A stretch of 64,000 nt of DNA from Verrucomicrobiota bacterium (GTDB taxonomy: Bacteria; Verrucomicrobiota; Verrucomicrobiia; Limisphaerales; SXTU01), in NCBI GenBank assembly GCA_016871445.1, contig VHDH01000008.1:1801-65800 (forward strand), written 5' to 3'. The notes under the pieces are model-generated. The model was not told where the DNA came from. It saw nothing but the letters and a program-made list of their open reading frames with translations, and did not search any database. Below, in pieces: positions 1 to 8,654 of this stretch (positions are counted from its first letter, which is position 1; each line of letters opens with the position of its first letter). Position numbers and translations under genes: made by a program.

Positions 1-1554
1 GACGCTGCCGATGCGCCCGCGCAGCGTCACGTCGGGCAACTCGCCGTTCAGCGGCAGTTTCCGCCAGATGCAGACCGTGTCGCGGCCGGCGAGCGCGAGG
101 GTCGTGCCGCTCGCGGCGTTGTCCCATGGGCCGTCGGGCAGATGATAGATGAAGTCCGGGCGCGCGGCGCTTACGTCGGGCAGGTTGCGCCAGACGAACA
201 TCTTGCGGTCGAAGTCCGACGAGATGAAGAGGCTCTTGCCATCCGTGGCCACCGCCGGGTTCTGGATGAAGTGGTTTTCCGCCCAAGTGTCCTGGTCGGT
301 GCGGTCGCTGCCGACGGCGAAGTCCGCCGGCTGGTTGTCGCGCGTGGGCAGCGCATTCCAGCCGAGAATGTGGTTGCCGTTGTAGGTGCAGACGTAGAGC
401 CGGCCGTTCGCCACGACGGCGTCTGGCCCGTCGCCGTTGCGATACGTCGTCGGGCGCAGCACCACGTCGGCATCGGTGTTCGCGTCGCGCGGCGGCTTGT
501 TGAACAGGTAGATGGATTGAATGCCTGCGAGGGCGACGCCGCCGTTCGGCGTGAACGAACCCTTCACCCACTCGCGCCACGTCCAGTCGGGTTGCTGCGA
601 TGACGACGTGGGGAAGGAATTCCAAACCATCGTGGCCGGGCGCGAGTTGTCGCCGTAGTTGTGGTCGCCCACGGCGAAGAACGTTTTGCCGTCGCTCGTG
701 ACGTTGCGCGGCGTGCCCGCGCCATCCGGACGCAGGACGAGGTCGGGCGGCTGGTTGTCGCGCGATGGGAACGAATTCCAAATCAGCACCGCGCTCCCGT
801 GCGTGGCGACGACGGCGAGTTTCGTGCCATCGGTCCACACGCCCCACGGCCAACTGAAGCGCTGGATGCCGCGCCCGAACTGCGGCCGCGGACCTCCACC
901 TTCGGAAGGACGAGCTGCGCGAGTCCCACTCTGATCTCCTGGCGGTCTTGGTTGGGGACTCGCGTAGCTGGTCCCTCCGACTCCGCGCTCCGAAAGTTGC
1001 GGGAGCTCCAGCACCAAATCCGCCGGCTGACCATTCTTCGTGGGAAACGAATTCCAAATCAGGATGCGGTCGTTGCTCGTGTCGGTGACAGCGATGCGTT
1101 TGCCGTCGAGTGTGATGGCGACGTTGCCGGGCCAGTTCAACTGGTGTCGGCCCGCGCCGGAGTTGTTCTGCGTGAAGTCGGGCTGGCCGAGCACGAGATC
1201 GGGCGGCGTATTCTTCGCGGGCGCGGATTTCCAGATGAGCACGCGGTTGTTCCAGCGGTCGGCAACGAGCAGCGCCTTGCCGTCGGTGGCGAGGCCGGAG
1301 GGATGGTTCAGCAGCAGCGGACCGCCGGAGTGGTTAAAACCCTTCGCGCCCAGCACGAGGTCAGCATCCTGCCCGGTGACGAACGCGCCGGCCTTGGCCT
1401 GCGGCGCGGCGGCATACTTCGACGCGATGCGCTCGACGCGAATCGCATCGCGCCGCTCGGTGGCGCGCGGTTGCTGGGCGAGGGCGGTGCCGGAGAGCGC
1501 CAGGCAAAGTAACGCCGGGACGAGCCGCGCAGGTATTGGGAAGGCCGTATGCAT
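1..1554 (-). CDS. secreted NHL-repeat-like beta-propeller protein (3' end runs off the window start)
   Basis: Absent from the ORF track because it is open at the window edge. My own minus-strand translation from ATG (complement of 1552-1554) gives 518 codons with no stop. It begins with the signal peptide MHTAFPIPARLVPALLCLALSGTALAQQ, then repeated units D[LF]V[LV]GQPDF ... DGK.L.V.D..N.RILIWNSFP. Confidence 0.75.
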   Translation of the reverse strand, partial: MHTAFPIPARLVPALLCLALSGTALAQQPRATERRDAIRVERIASKYAAAPQAKAGAFVTGQDADLVLGAKGFNHSGGPLLLNHPSGLATDGKALLVADRWNNRVLIWKSAPAKNTPPDLVLGQPDFTQNNSGAGRHQLNWPGNVAITLDGKRIAVTDTSNDRILIWNSFPTKNGQPADLVLELPQLSERGVGGTSYASPQPRPPGDQSGTRAARPSEGGGPRPQFGRGIQRFSWPWGVWTDGTKLAVVATHGSAVLIWNSFPSRDNQPPDLVLRPDGAGTPRNVTSDGKTFFAVGDHNYGDNSRPATMVWNSFPTSSSQQPDWTWREWVKGSFTPNGGVALAGIQSIYLFNKPPRDANTDADVVLRPTTYRNGDGPDAVVANGRLYVCTYNGNHILGWNALPTRDNQPADFAVGSDRTDQDTWAENHFIQNPAVATDGKSLFISSDFDRKMFVWRNLPDVSAARPDFIYHLPDGPWDNAASGTTLALAGRDTVCIWRKLPLNGELPDVTLRGRIGSV

Positions 1555-1664
1555 CTATGGGATTAAACGCACTCGACGAAAAATAGATCGTCTAAAATTC
1601 ATAGTTCGACCTGCCAGTGTAAAGTTTTCGCTTAGGACAACGACCGAACTCAAAATTGGAGTGT

Positions 1665-2668
1665 CGATCAAGGTCTAACCCGCTAATCGGTTCGGTCGGT
1701 GCCAGCGGATGCGCGCAAGCAGGAGGTCACCCCTGTAGCCGCGCTTGGGGAGCATCTCGCCGTCCGTCACCCACGACTCGTCGGGGCTCACGTTCACGGG
1801 ATGGAAGTTGCCGCTGTAGGCCACGTCGTCGGGCTTGTTCACGCCGTCACCGACGAGCGGAAGCACGACGCGCTCGGTGTCGCGGCACAGGCGCAACGTG
1901 TGCGGGTCCACCTGCGCGACCCACAGTGGCGCGCGCCAGCGCGGGACGTTCACGTTGCTCGCATCCTTGCGTGTGTAAACGAGGAAAAGCGCATCGGAGT
2001 GGGTGAGCCAGTGCTGTTGCGTAGAAGATATTTCTAACGGGGTGCCGTCCTCCCAAGCCCACGCTTGGGGCGGCGACCACTTGAGACCGTCGCCGCCCGC
2101 ACAGACGTAGCCGCGGTTGTCCTCGGCGCGAATGGTGAGAAAAAAGCGACCATGGAACTGCGTGACCGATGGCTCCAACAGGCCGCGGCCTTTCGTGTTG
2201 AACATGGGTTCGCCGACTTGTTTGACCGTGAGCGTTTCGCCGTCGAAGCCGCAAATCACTCCAGCGACTGCGCGGGCTTGGGTCTTCGTCGCGCCGAAGG
2301 TGAAGGACATTTGCACGTCGCCGTTGGGCAGCACGACGCGCTGGCCGCAGTTGTTCGAGTAGATGTAGGCACCGCGCGGGTCGTTCCACTCCAGCTTACG
2401 GCGGGGGCCCCACTGGCCGGCGCGCCACACAGCGTAAATAGGCCAGCGCGGCGGTTGATCGCGGGAGAAGGTCGGGCCGGAGTAAAAGACATTGTGGCCG
2501 AGCGCGAGCACGCTTTTGGTCTGCGGATGCCATTCGGGCGTGACATCGCAGACGCCTTCCTCGGTGAGGTTGTTGCCCGGTTGCACTCGCCCGAGGGGCG
2601 GGACGGGCTGCGGGTCGGTCCACGTCTTGCCCAGGTCGCGCGAGGTCATCCAATGCACCGGCCCGAAG
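1665..2668. repeat. segmental duplication, copy 1 (partner 7651..8654)
   Basis: Collinear 1004-bp match to 7651..8654. Both copies begin at cgatcaaggtctaaccc, 10 nt 3' of the respective stop codons, and both end in the codons for FGPVH. There is no net indel. Confidence 0.9.
1675..2668 (-). pseudogene. N-terminally truncated paralog of the Asp-box (sialidase-superfamily-like) propeller gene 7661..8905
   Basis: Residues from FGPVHWMTSRDLGKTWTDPQP to the C-terminal RIRWHRPNRLAG align with 7661..8905. I counted about 43 differences in about 332 residues by hand. The roughly 100 N-terminal codons, including the Tat signal, are missing. The 95 upstream codons of track ORF 1675..2955 are antisense to the cyclase remnant. 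Confidence 0.7.
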
Positions 2669-2673
2669 CCGTG

Positions 2674-4059
2674 CCAGTAAACGAATACGATCATTTGTTC
2701 CGTTACACGGCCCAGCCGGGCCAGGGTTTTCCATACCACCGCCTCAACGAAGTGCTCGGCGAACACCACTGGCGCACGCGCTACGGCAACGGCGCGTTCT
2801 TTAAGGACAAGCTCGTGCTCGTCGGCCCCATCGTCGAACTGCTCAAGGACTACCACAAGACACCCATGGCCAAGCAGTTGATGGCTGGTCCCGAAGTCCA
2901 CTTGAACATCGTCAACGCTGCGCTCCACGGGGAATACCTGCGACCGATGACCCACTTCGCCAGCCGTGCGAGCATCGTGCTGGCCGGGCTGATTTCAGTG
3001 GGCCTGTGCTGGCTGCTCCGCAATGCTTGGGTGCGGTTCCTCACGCAACTCGGCTTGCTCGCGGCCTTTGTCGTGCTGGCACTTTACCTCTTCAGCTACC
3101 AGGGCCTCATCGTGTCGCTCGGCATTCCCGCGATCGTGCTCTTCACCTGCGGCGTGTCCGCGCTCGGCTACGACTTCCTAAGAGAGCGCAAGGCGAGGGA
3201 AGAATTGCGCAAGACCATGGATCTCTACTTCTCCCCGAAGGTCAGCGCCTTCGTGCTCGCCAACCCCGGCTCCATGGAGGCGCGCTCCGCCGATGTCACG
3301 CTGCTGCTCACCGACCTGCGCAATTCGACGCCGCTCGCGGAGAAGCTCGGCCCCGGCGGGATGTTCCGCCTGCTCAACCAAGTTTTCGAGGTCGAGACCA
3401 ACGCCGTCATGGCCCAGGACGGCGCGCTCGAACACTTCCTCGGCGACTAGTTTCTCACCTACTGGGGCGCGCCCCAGCCGCAGTCCGACGGGCCGAACCA
3501 AGCCTTGCGCGCGGCGATGGAACTCATCACCGGCATGGAATCGGTGAAGGCCTCGCAGTCCCCCGAGGTCAAGGCCCTCTTAGGCTACGGCGTCGCGCTG
3601 CATCGCGGCTCCGTGCTCTTCGGCAACAAAGGCTCCGCCAAACGCCTCGACTTCGGTCTCGTGGGCGACACCGTCAACGAAGCCGCGCGCATCGAGGCGC
3701 TCACCAAATACTACGGCGTCACGCTGCTCGTCTCGCGCGAGTGCTTCGCGCTGATCACCAATCCCGCAACGCACCGCCTGCTCGACCGCGTGATCGTGAA
3801 GGGCAAGAACACGCCGGTGGAGCTGCTTGAAATCGAAAACCCCCGCACGCCGCCCAACTACGCGGAACTGGTGCGCGAGTGGGATGTCGCATTTGCCGAC
3901 TACACCGCCGGGAAGTTCGCCGAGGCGCGGCCCGTTTTCGCCAAGCTTGCTGAACGGTTCAACGACGGCCCCAGCAAGCTCATGGTCCATCGCTGCGAGG
4001 AGCTGATCTCCTACCCACCGACGAACTGGAAGGGTGTGTGGAGGATGGAGAGCAAATAG
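2674..4059 (+). pseudogene. CHASE2 / class III adenylate-guanylate cyclase remnant, N-truncated, with an in-frame TAG at 3448..3450
   Basis: Track ORFs 2065..3450 and 3505..4059 share one frame. The CHASE2 tail reads FFKDKLVLVGPIVELLKDYHKTPM..GPEVHLNIVNAAL and is followed by TM helices. The cyclase core reads VTLLLTDLRNSTPLAEKL ... HFLGD-TAG-FLTYWGAP ... GLVGDTVNEAARIE ... VKGKNTPVELLEI. Sensible sequence begins only at the duplication boundary near 2670. Confidence 0.8.
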
Positions 4060-4239
4060 GCCGACGCACTGCTGGCTACGAAAGGGCGCAGAGAGCGGAG
4101 GGCGAGCGACTACCGGCGTCAAGCCCCCCGCAGATTCAAGACGCCGCGGATTCTGCTCCGCATCTGCGGCCTTCTAAAAAATGCGGGGAATCACTGCACC
4201 CCTTTTGAATCGAGAGACAGCTGCTGCCGCACATCGTCC

Positions 4240-4653
4240 TTGAATTCACTCTCCCCGCCTGTCATCCAATCCGCAGTCGTGTTCAAGCGCGCCGCCAAAG
4301 TTGCTGTGATTCTGGCAGTGGCCCTATCCCTCGGGCTGCACTGGGCACTGCTCCAATCGGTCGCTTGGGCCGGCATGTTCGCGAGCTACGCCCGGCAGAC
4401 CACGCTGAGCGAGGCGTTCACCAAGACCTTCGACGGCAAGAATCCCTGCCGCATCTGCAAGCTCGTCCGCGAGGGCCAGCAATCCGAGAAGGCCAAGGAA
4501 TCCGTCCTGCCGCTGGTGAAGGTAGAGTCGCTACCCTGTGCAGAAGTCTTCGTGTTGATCCCGCCCGTCCCGCTTCCCTCTCCGTCCGTTTCCGACGAGG
4601 CCGCCCTCCCGCGCGCCGAGTCTCCTCCCACGCCGCCGCCCCGGCTGGCGTAG
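4240..4653 (+). CDS. small membrane protein with a C-x2-C motif (conserved hypothetical)
   Basis: The hydrophobic stretch AAKVAVILAVALSLGLHWALLQSVAWAGMF is followed by TFDGKNPCRICKLVREGQQSEK and a Pro-rich tail. The start is TTG at 4240, with GTG at 4279 also possible. Confidence 0.6.
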   Translation: MNSLSPPVIQSAVVFKRAAKVAVILAVALSLGLHWALLQSVAWAGMFASYARQTTLSEAFTKTFDGKNPCRICKLVREGQQSEKAKESVLPLVKVESLPCAEVFVLIPPVPLPSPSVSDEAALPRAESPPTPPPRLA

Positions 4654-4910
4654 TCCCTCCTCCCAAGCCCGCGTGAAGCCGGGCTGTGGCCTGCCGTGTG
4701 GCAGCGCCGTTGAACAGCCTGTCCTCGTGCGGAATCCCGTGCGGCTCCTTGCCGCCGGTGCGAATTGGGCGGAGTGGCGACACTTCTCGGCGCTCCGGCC
4801 GTTACTTGTCCTTTCTGCCGCCCCCGCGAAGTCACCGACCGCCTCTCCGCCCGACCTTTTCCAAATCCCGCCGCGACGTGTGTCCGGCGGGGAATGACCG
4901 AAAGAAATTT

Positions 4911-4989
4911 GGGATGCGGGGCTCGATTGCTGGCGAGCGGTTCGTTGTCCTTCCCCGCTCGTCGGCGCACCGGATCAGCCCCGCATCCC
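4911..4989 (+). promoter_or_regulatory. nested stem-loop in the leader of the prepilin-like gene
   Basis: Perfect 13-bp inverted repeat: gggatgcggggct (4911-4923) and agccccgcatccc (4977-4989). It encloses an inner stem gcgagcgg/ccgctcg. The structure ends 24 nt before the ATG at 5014. Confidence 0.35.
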
Positions 4990-5013
4990 ACTCAACGAAC
5001 GACGAATTGACGA

Positions 5014-5742
5014 ATGAAAACGGAAACGAAGCAAGTCAAAGCTGCCTCCCCAATGCCGGGTGGGACCGCCCGTGTCCACACGGCGGGCTTCACCCTGATC
5101 GAACTGCTGGTGGTCATCGCCATTATCGCCATCCTTGCCGGCATGCTCCTGCCCGCACTGGCCAAGGCGAAGGAGAAATCCCATGGCATCCGCTGCGTGA
5201 GCAACACGAGGCAACTCGTGGTGGCCAGCACGCTCTACGCGGAAGACTTCAGCCGCCATGTGACCTTCAGCGGCGGCGTGGACCGCAAGACACTCCTGTA
5301 TCCCTACCTGCAACAAGGCACCAACAACTCTGACGTCCTCGGCCCGCAGGTCTGGAACTGCCCCGCCAACCGGTTCACCAACTCGGCTGGCTATGGCTTC
5401 AACACGCTGATGAACAACGTTTACGTCTCCATTGTCCGCAACCCAACGGAGACCGTGGACATCGGCGACGCGGGCATCAACAACATCACTGCTGGCTTGC
5501 CGGTCTACATCCAATCCACGCACCTCATGCCCCCCTCTGCGATCCAGAACGCCACCTTGGGTCGACCCAACCCTCGGCATCAGAGCGGGAAAGCCGTCAG
5601 CATCGGCTACTTGGATGGCCACGCAGGTTCCGTGCTGATGGCCGCACCGCTCTACCCCGGCTTACCCGGTGTCTGGCTGGGCAACGGCATCACGGACCCC
5701 GCCGATCCGAATTACAAGGATCAGCTGTGGGACACTTTTTGA
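5014..5742 (+). CDS. prepilin-type N-terminal cleavage/methylation domain protein (DUF1559 / H-X9-DG-like)
   Basis: N-terminus reads [44 protein letters not shown]. The C-terminal motif is SIGYLDGHAGSV. Confidence 0.9.
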   Translation: MKTETKQVKAASPMPGGTARVHTAGFTLIELLVVIAIIAILAGMLLPALAKAKEKSHGIRCVSNTRQLVVASTLYAEDFSRHVTFSGGVDRKTLLYPYLQQGTNNSDVLGPQVWNCPANRFTNSAGYGFNTLMNNVYVSIVRNPTETVDIGDAGINNITAGLPVYIQSTHLMPPSAIQNATLGRPNPRHQSGKAVSIGYLDGHAGSVLMAAPLYPGLPGVWLGNGITDPADPNYKDQLWDTF

Positions 5743-5885
5743 ACGGCGTCTCAGTCACCTGCGCATGAATGGAATCCGCCCCCACCATCCAATGCCTGAC
5801 AACAATTCCCCGACAGTCGGGCCGCCTTGCGGCTTGGTTGATCGGGATAGCAGCATTTCACATACAGCAGCACCAAACAAATAAC

Positions 5886-6137
5886 ATGAAAGAAACCATC
5901 AAGACCGCATTACGCACCTCGGCCGTGTTGGCCGTGGCCCTCGGCTTGTGCGTCACCGGCCTGACCGCCGCCAAGCCCCCGCAGGGCGACCAAGCCACGT
6001 GGACCAAGCTCTGCACCGACCTCGTGAACGCCACCGCTACCCTCGAAAAGGGTGAAGCCGGTGCGGCCGATAAGTTCAAAGCGGCCGTGAACTGCAAGGC
6101 CTGCCACGACGAGTTCAAGCCCGCCGCCAAAAAGTAA
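5886..6137 (+). CDS. small secreted c-type cytochrome-like protein (single CxxCH near the C-terminus)
   Basis: The internal ATG at 5886 of track ORF 5769..6137 gives the signal peptide MKETIKTALRTSAVLAVALGLCVTGLTAA. The mature part is about 55 aa and ends in AAVNCKACHDEFKPAAKK. Confidence 0.55.
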   Translation: MKETIKTALRTSAVLAVALGLCVTGLTAAKPPQGDQATWTKLCTDLVNATATLEKGEAGAADKFKAAVNCKACHDEFKPAAKK

Positions 6138-6233
6138 TTCCTTCACCCGCCCACGCACGCCGGGGCCAAACGCTCCGGCGGGCGCGAGTTTTTCGGGCGG
6201 CCTCCACGCCAACTCTCTTCTCCCAGTCCCACC

Positions 6234-7508
6234 GTGACCCGCCCGCTTCTTCGTGTCGCTGGTTGTGCCTGCTTGCTGAGCATCGCCGCTTGCAGTCCTC
6301 CTTCCGCCCCACCGCCACCTCCCGCCAAGCCTGCGCTGACTCCGCCCCCCGCCAGTCACACTAATCACTCCACCCACGAGCACGGAAGCTCTAGCGGCAA
6401 GTCCAAGCGCGAGATGCAGCGCGCGGGCATTGAAAGCCTGGATGTGACGGTGGCGGGCAGCACGCTCCACCTGTTGCTTGGCCGCTACGAACCCAACACG
6501 AAGGTCCCCACGCTTCTTCACTTGCGCTCCGCCGATGCCGGAGCTACTTGGACCACGCCGGTCCGCGTGGACACTGGCGCGACCGCCCCGCATCAGCCGC
6601 ATCGTGGACAGGACGCGCAAATCGCCGCGAGCGGGGACAAACTTGTCTGCGCCTGGACTTCGCCCGGCACCGGTTTCAACGGTCGCGGCCCCGTGGCCAC
6701 CGCACTTTCCACCGATGGCGGCGCGACTTGGCAACCCGGCCCCAACCCCGCCGATGACGCGAGCTCCGGGGACCACGGCTTCGTGGACATTGTGGCGGAC
6801 TCCGCCGGCACCTTCCACCTAGTCTGGCTCGACGCGCGCGACACAAACAAATCCAAAGGCCTGCGTTATTCTAGTTCGCGCGACGGCGGCCAATCGTGGA
6901 GCAAAAACACCACCGTGAAGGCGGACACCTGCGAATGCTGCTGGAACAAGCTCGCACTCGGTCCGGACGGCTCGCTCCATGCGCTGTTCCGCGACAAAAA
7001 CCCGCGCGACATGGCCGTGATGTCCTCGTCGGATCGCGGCGCACACTGGAGTGACCCCGCGACGGTCGGGCGCTTCAACTGGGATTTCCAAGGCTGCCCG
7101 CACGTCGGCGGCGGCCTCGCCCTCCAGGGCACGACGGTTCACGCCTTGATTTGGACCGGCGCGACCGGCCACGGCGGCACATATCACCTGTCCTCTCCCG
7201 GTCAAGGCCAGCCGTGGTCCGCCCCACAACGGCTTGGTGATGCCGACGCCCGACGCGGCGACCTCGCCAGCGCGGGCGCCCAAAGTCTCGCCGCCGTCTG
7301 GGACCGCGTGGCCGATGGCGAAAGCACCGTTCACGCCGCGCGCTCGGCGGACGGAGGCAAGACGTGGTCCGAGCCAAAACAACTTTCCTCCAAAGGGGTC
7401 AATGCCGCTTACCCGCGAGTTGTCACCGTGGCTGGAGAATATCGCGTGTTTTGGACCGAATCCGCGACTGGCCAGCCCAGCGTTTGGCGCACATCGGCCT
7501 TGCCGTAA
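6234..7508 (+). CDS. BNR/Asp-box repeat lipoprotein (sialidase-superfamily propeller)
   Basis: Lipobox LLSIAAC. Five Asp-boxes are present: SADAGATW, STDGGATW, SRDGGQSW, SSDRGAHW and SADGGKTW. The start codon is GTG. Confidence 0.85.
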   Translation: MTRPLLRVAGCACLLSIAACSPPSAPPPPPAKPALTPPPASHTNHSTHEHGSSSGKSKREMQRAGIESLDVTVAGSTLHLLLGRYEPNTKVPTLLHLRSADAGATWTTPVRVDTGATAPHQPHRGQDAQIAASGDKLVCAWTSPGTGFNGRGPVATALSTDGGATWQPGPNPADDASSGDHGFVDIVADSAGTFHLVWLDARDTNKSKGLRYSSSRDGGQSWSKNTTVKADTCECCWNKLALGPDGSLHALFRDKNPRDMAVMSSSDRGAHWSDPATVGRFNWDFQGCPHVGGGLALQGTTVHALIWTGATGHGGTYHLSSPGQGQPWSAPQRLGDADARRGDLASAGAQSLAAVWDRVADGESTVHAARSADGGKTWSEPKQLSSKGVNAAYPRVVTVAGEYRVFWTESATGQPSVWRTSALP

Positions 7509-7611
7509 GTCTCTGCCAGCGGTTTGCAACCGCCGCCTTTTGAGAACGGAAATTTGGTACGGCCTCAATCTGTCCACCGGCACTACGGCAATTTGGAATC
7601 GCTGGCTCCCA

Positions 7612-7636
7612 TGCGGCCTTGCCCCGCACGGCCGCA
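7612..7636. terminator. hairpin between convergent genes
   Basis: tgcggcc (7612-7618) pairs with ggccgca (7630-7636), with an 11-nt loop. It lies between the stops at 7508 (+) and 7661 (-). There is no clear U-tract. Confidence 0.3.
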
Positions 7637-7650
7637 GAAAACTCTCGCCT

Positions 7651-8654
7651 CGATCAAGGTCTAACCCGCCAATCGGTTCGGTCGGTGCCAGCGGATGCGG
7701 GCCAGCAGCAGGTCGCCCTTGATGCCGTTCTTGGGCTGCCACTCGCCGACCGTCACCCACGACTCGTCCGGGCTTACGTTGGTCGTGTGGAAGTTGCCCA
7801 TGATGGCAACGCGGTCGGGGTCTTTCACGCCGTCGCCCACGAGCGGCAGGACGACGCGCTCGGTGTCGCGGCGCAGCCGCAGCGTGCGCGGGTCCACCTG
7901 CGCGACCCACAGTGGCGCGCGCCAGCGGAGGACGTTCACGTTGCTTGCGTCCTTGCGCGTATAGACGAGGAAGAGCGCGTCCGAGTGCGTGAGCCAGTGC
8001 TGCTGCGTGGTGGAGAGGTCCAGCGGCATGCCGTCTTCCCAGGCCCACGGCTGCTTGGGGGTCCACTTGAGACCATCCTCGCTGGCGCAGACGTAGCCGC
8101 GACTGTCCTCGGCGCGGATGGTGAGGAAGAACCGGCCGTTGAACTGAGTGACCGAGGGCTCCAGCAGGCCGCGTCCCTTCGCGTTGGTGATGGGTTCACC
8201 CACGTGCTTCACCGTGAGCGTCTCGCCATCGAAGCCGCAAATCACGCCGGTCACCGCACGCGCCTCGCTCTTCGTTGCGCCGAAGGTGAAGGACATCTGG
8301 ATGTCGCCGTTGGGCAGCACGATGCGCTGGCCGCAGTTGTTCGAGTAGATGTAAGCGCCGCGCGGGTCATTCCAATACAGCTTGCGGCGCGGACCCCACT
8401 TGCCGTCGCGCCAGACGGCGTAGATCGGCCAGCGCGGCGGCTGGTCAGCGGAGAATCTCGGGCCGGAATAAAAGACGTTGTGGCCGAGCGCGAGGACGGA
8501 CTTGGTCTGCGGATGCCATTCGGGCGTGACATCGCAGACACCTTCCTCGGTGAGGTTGTTGCCCGGTTGCACGCGCCCGAGGGGCGGGACGGGCTGCGGG
8601 TCGGTCCACGTCTTGCCGAGGTCGCGCGTGGTCATCGAGTGGACGGGGCCGAAG
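7651..8654. repeat. segmental duplication, copy 2 (partner 1665..2668)
   Basis: See the entry for copy 1. Confidence 0.9.

Noticed and set aside
2669-2955. The N-terminal 95 codons of track ORF 1675..2955, considered as a genuine new N-terminus for the duplicated propeller fragment.
   Set aside because: This part is exactly antisense to well-conserved CHASE2 coding sequence. It has no signal peptide and no similarity to the paralog. It is most likely fortuitous read-through, but it is kept as an alternative under the duplication finding.
3448-3450. The TAG read as a recoded codon (pyrrolysine or suppression) rather than a nonsense mutation.
   Set aside because: TAG terminates several ordinary genes in this window (9425, 24362, 31276, 48245). 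No pyl genes are visible. The gene is also N-terminally truncated.
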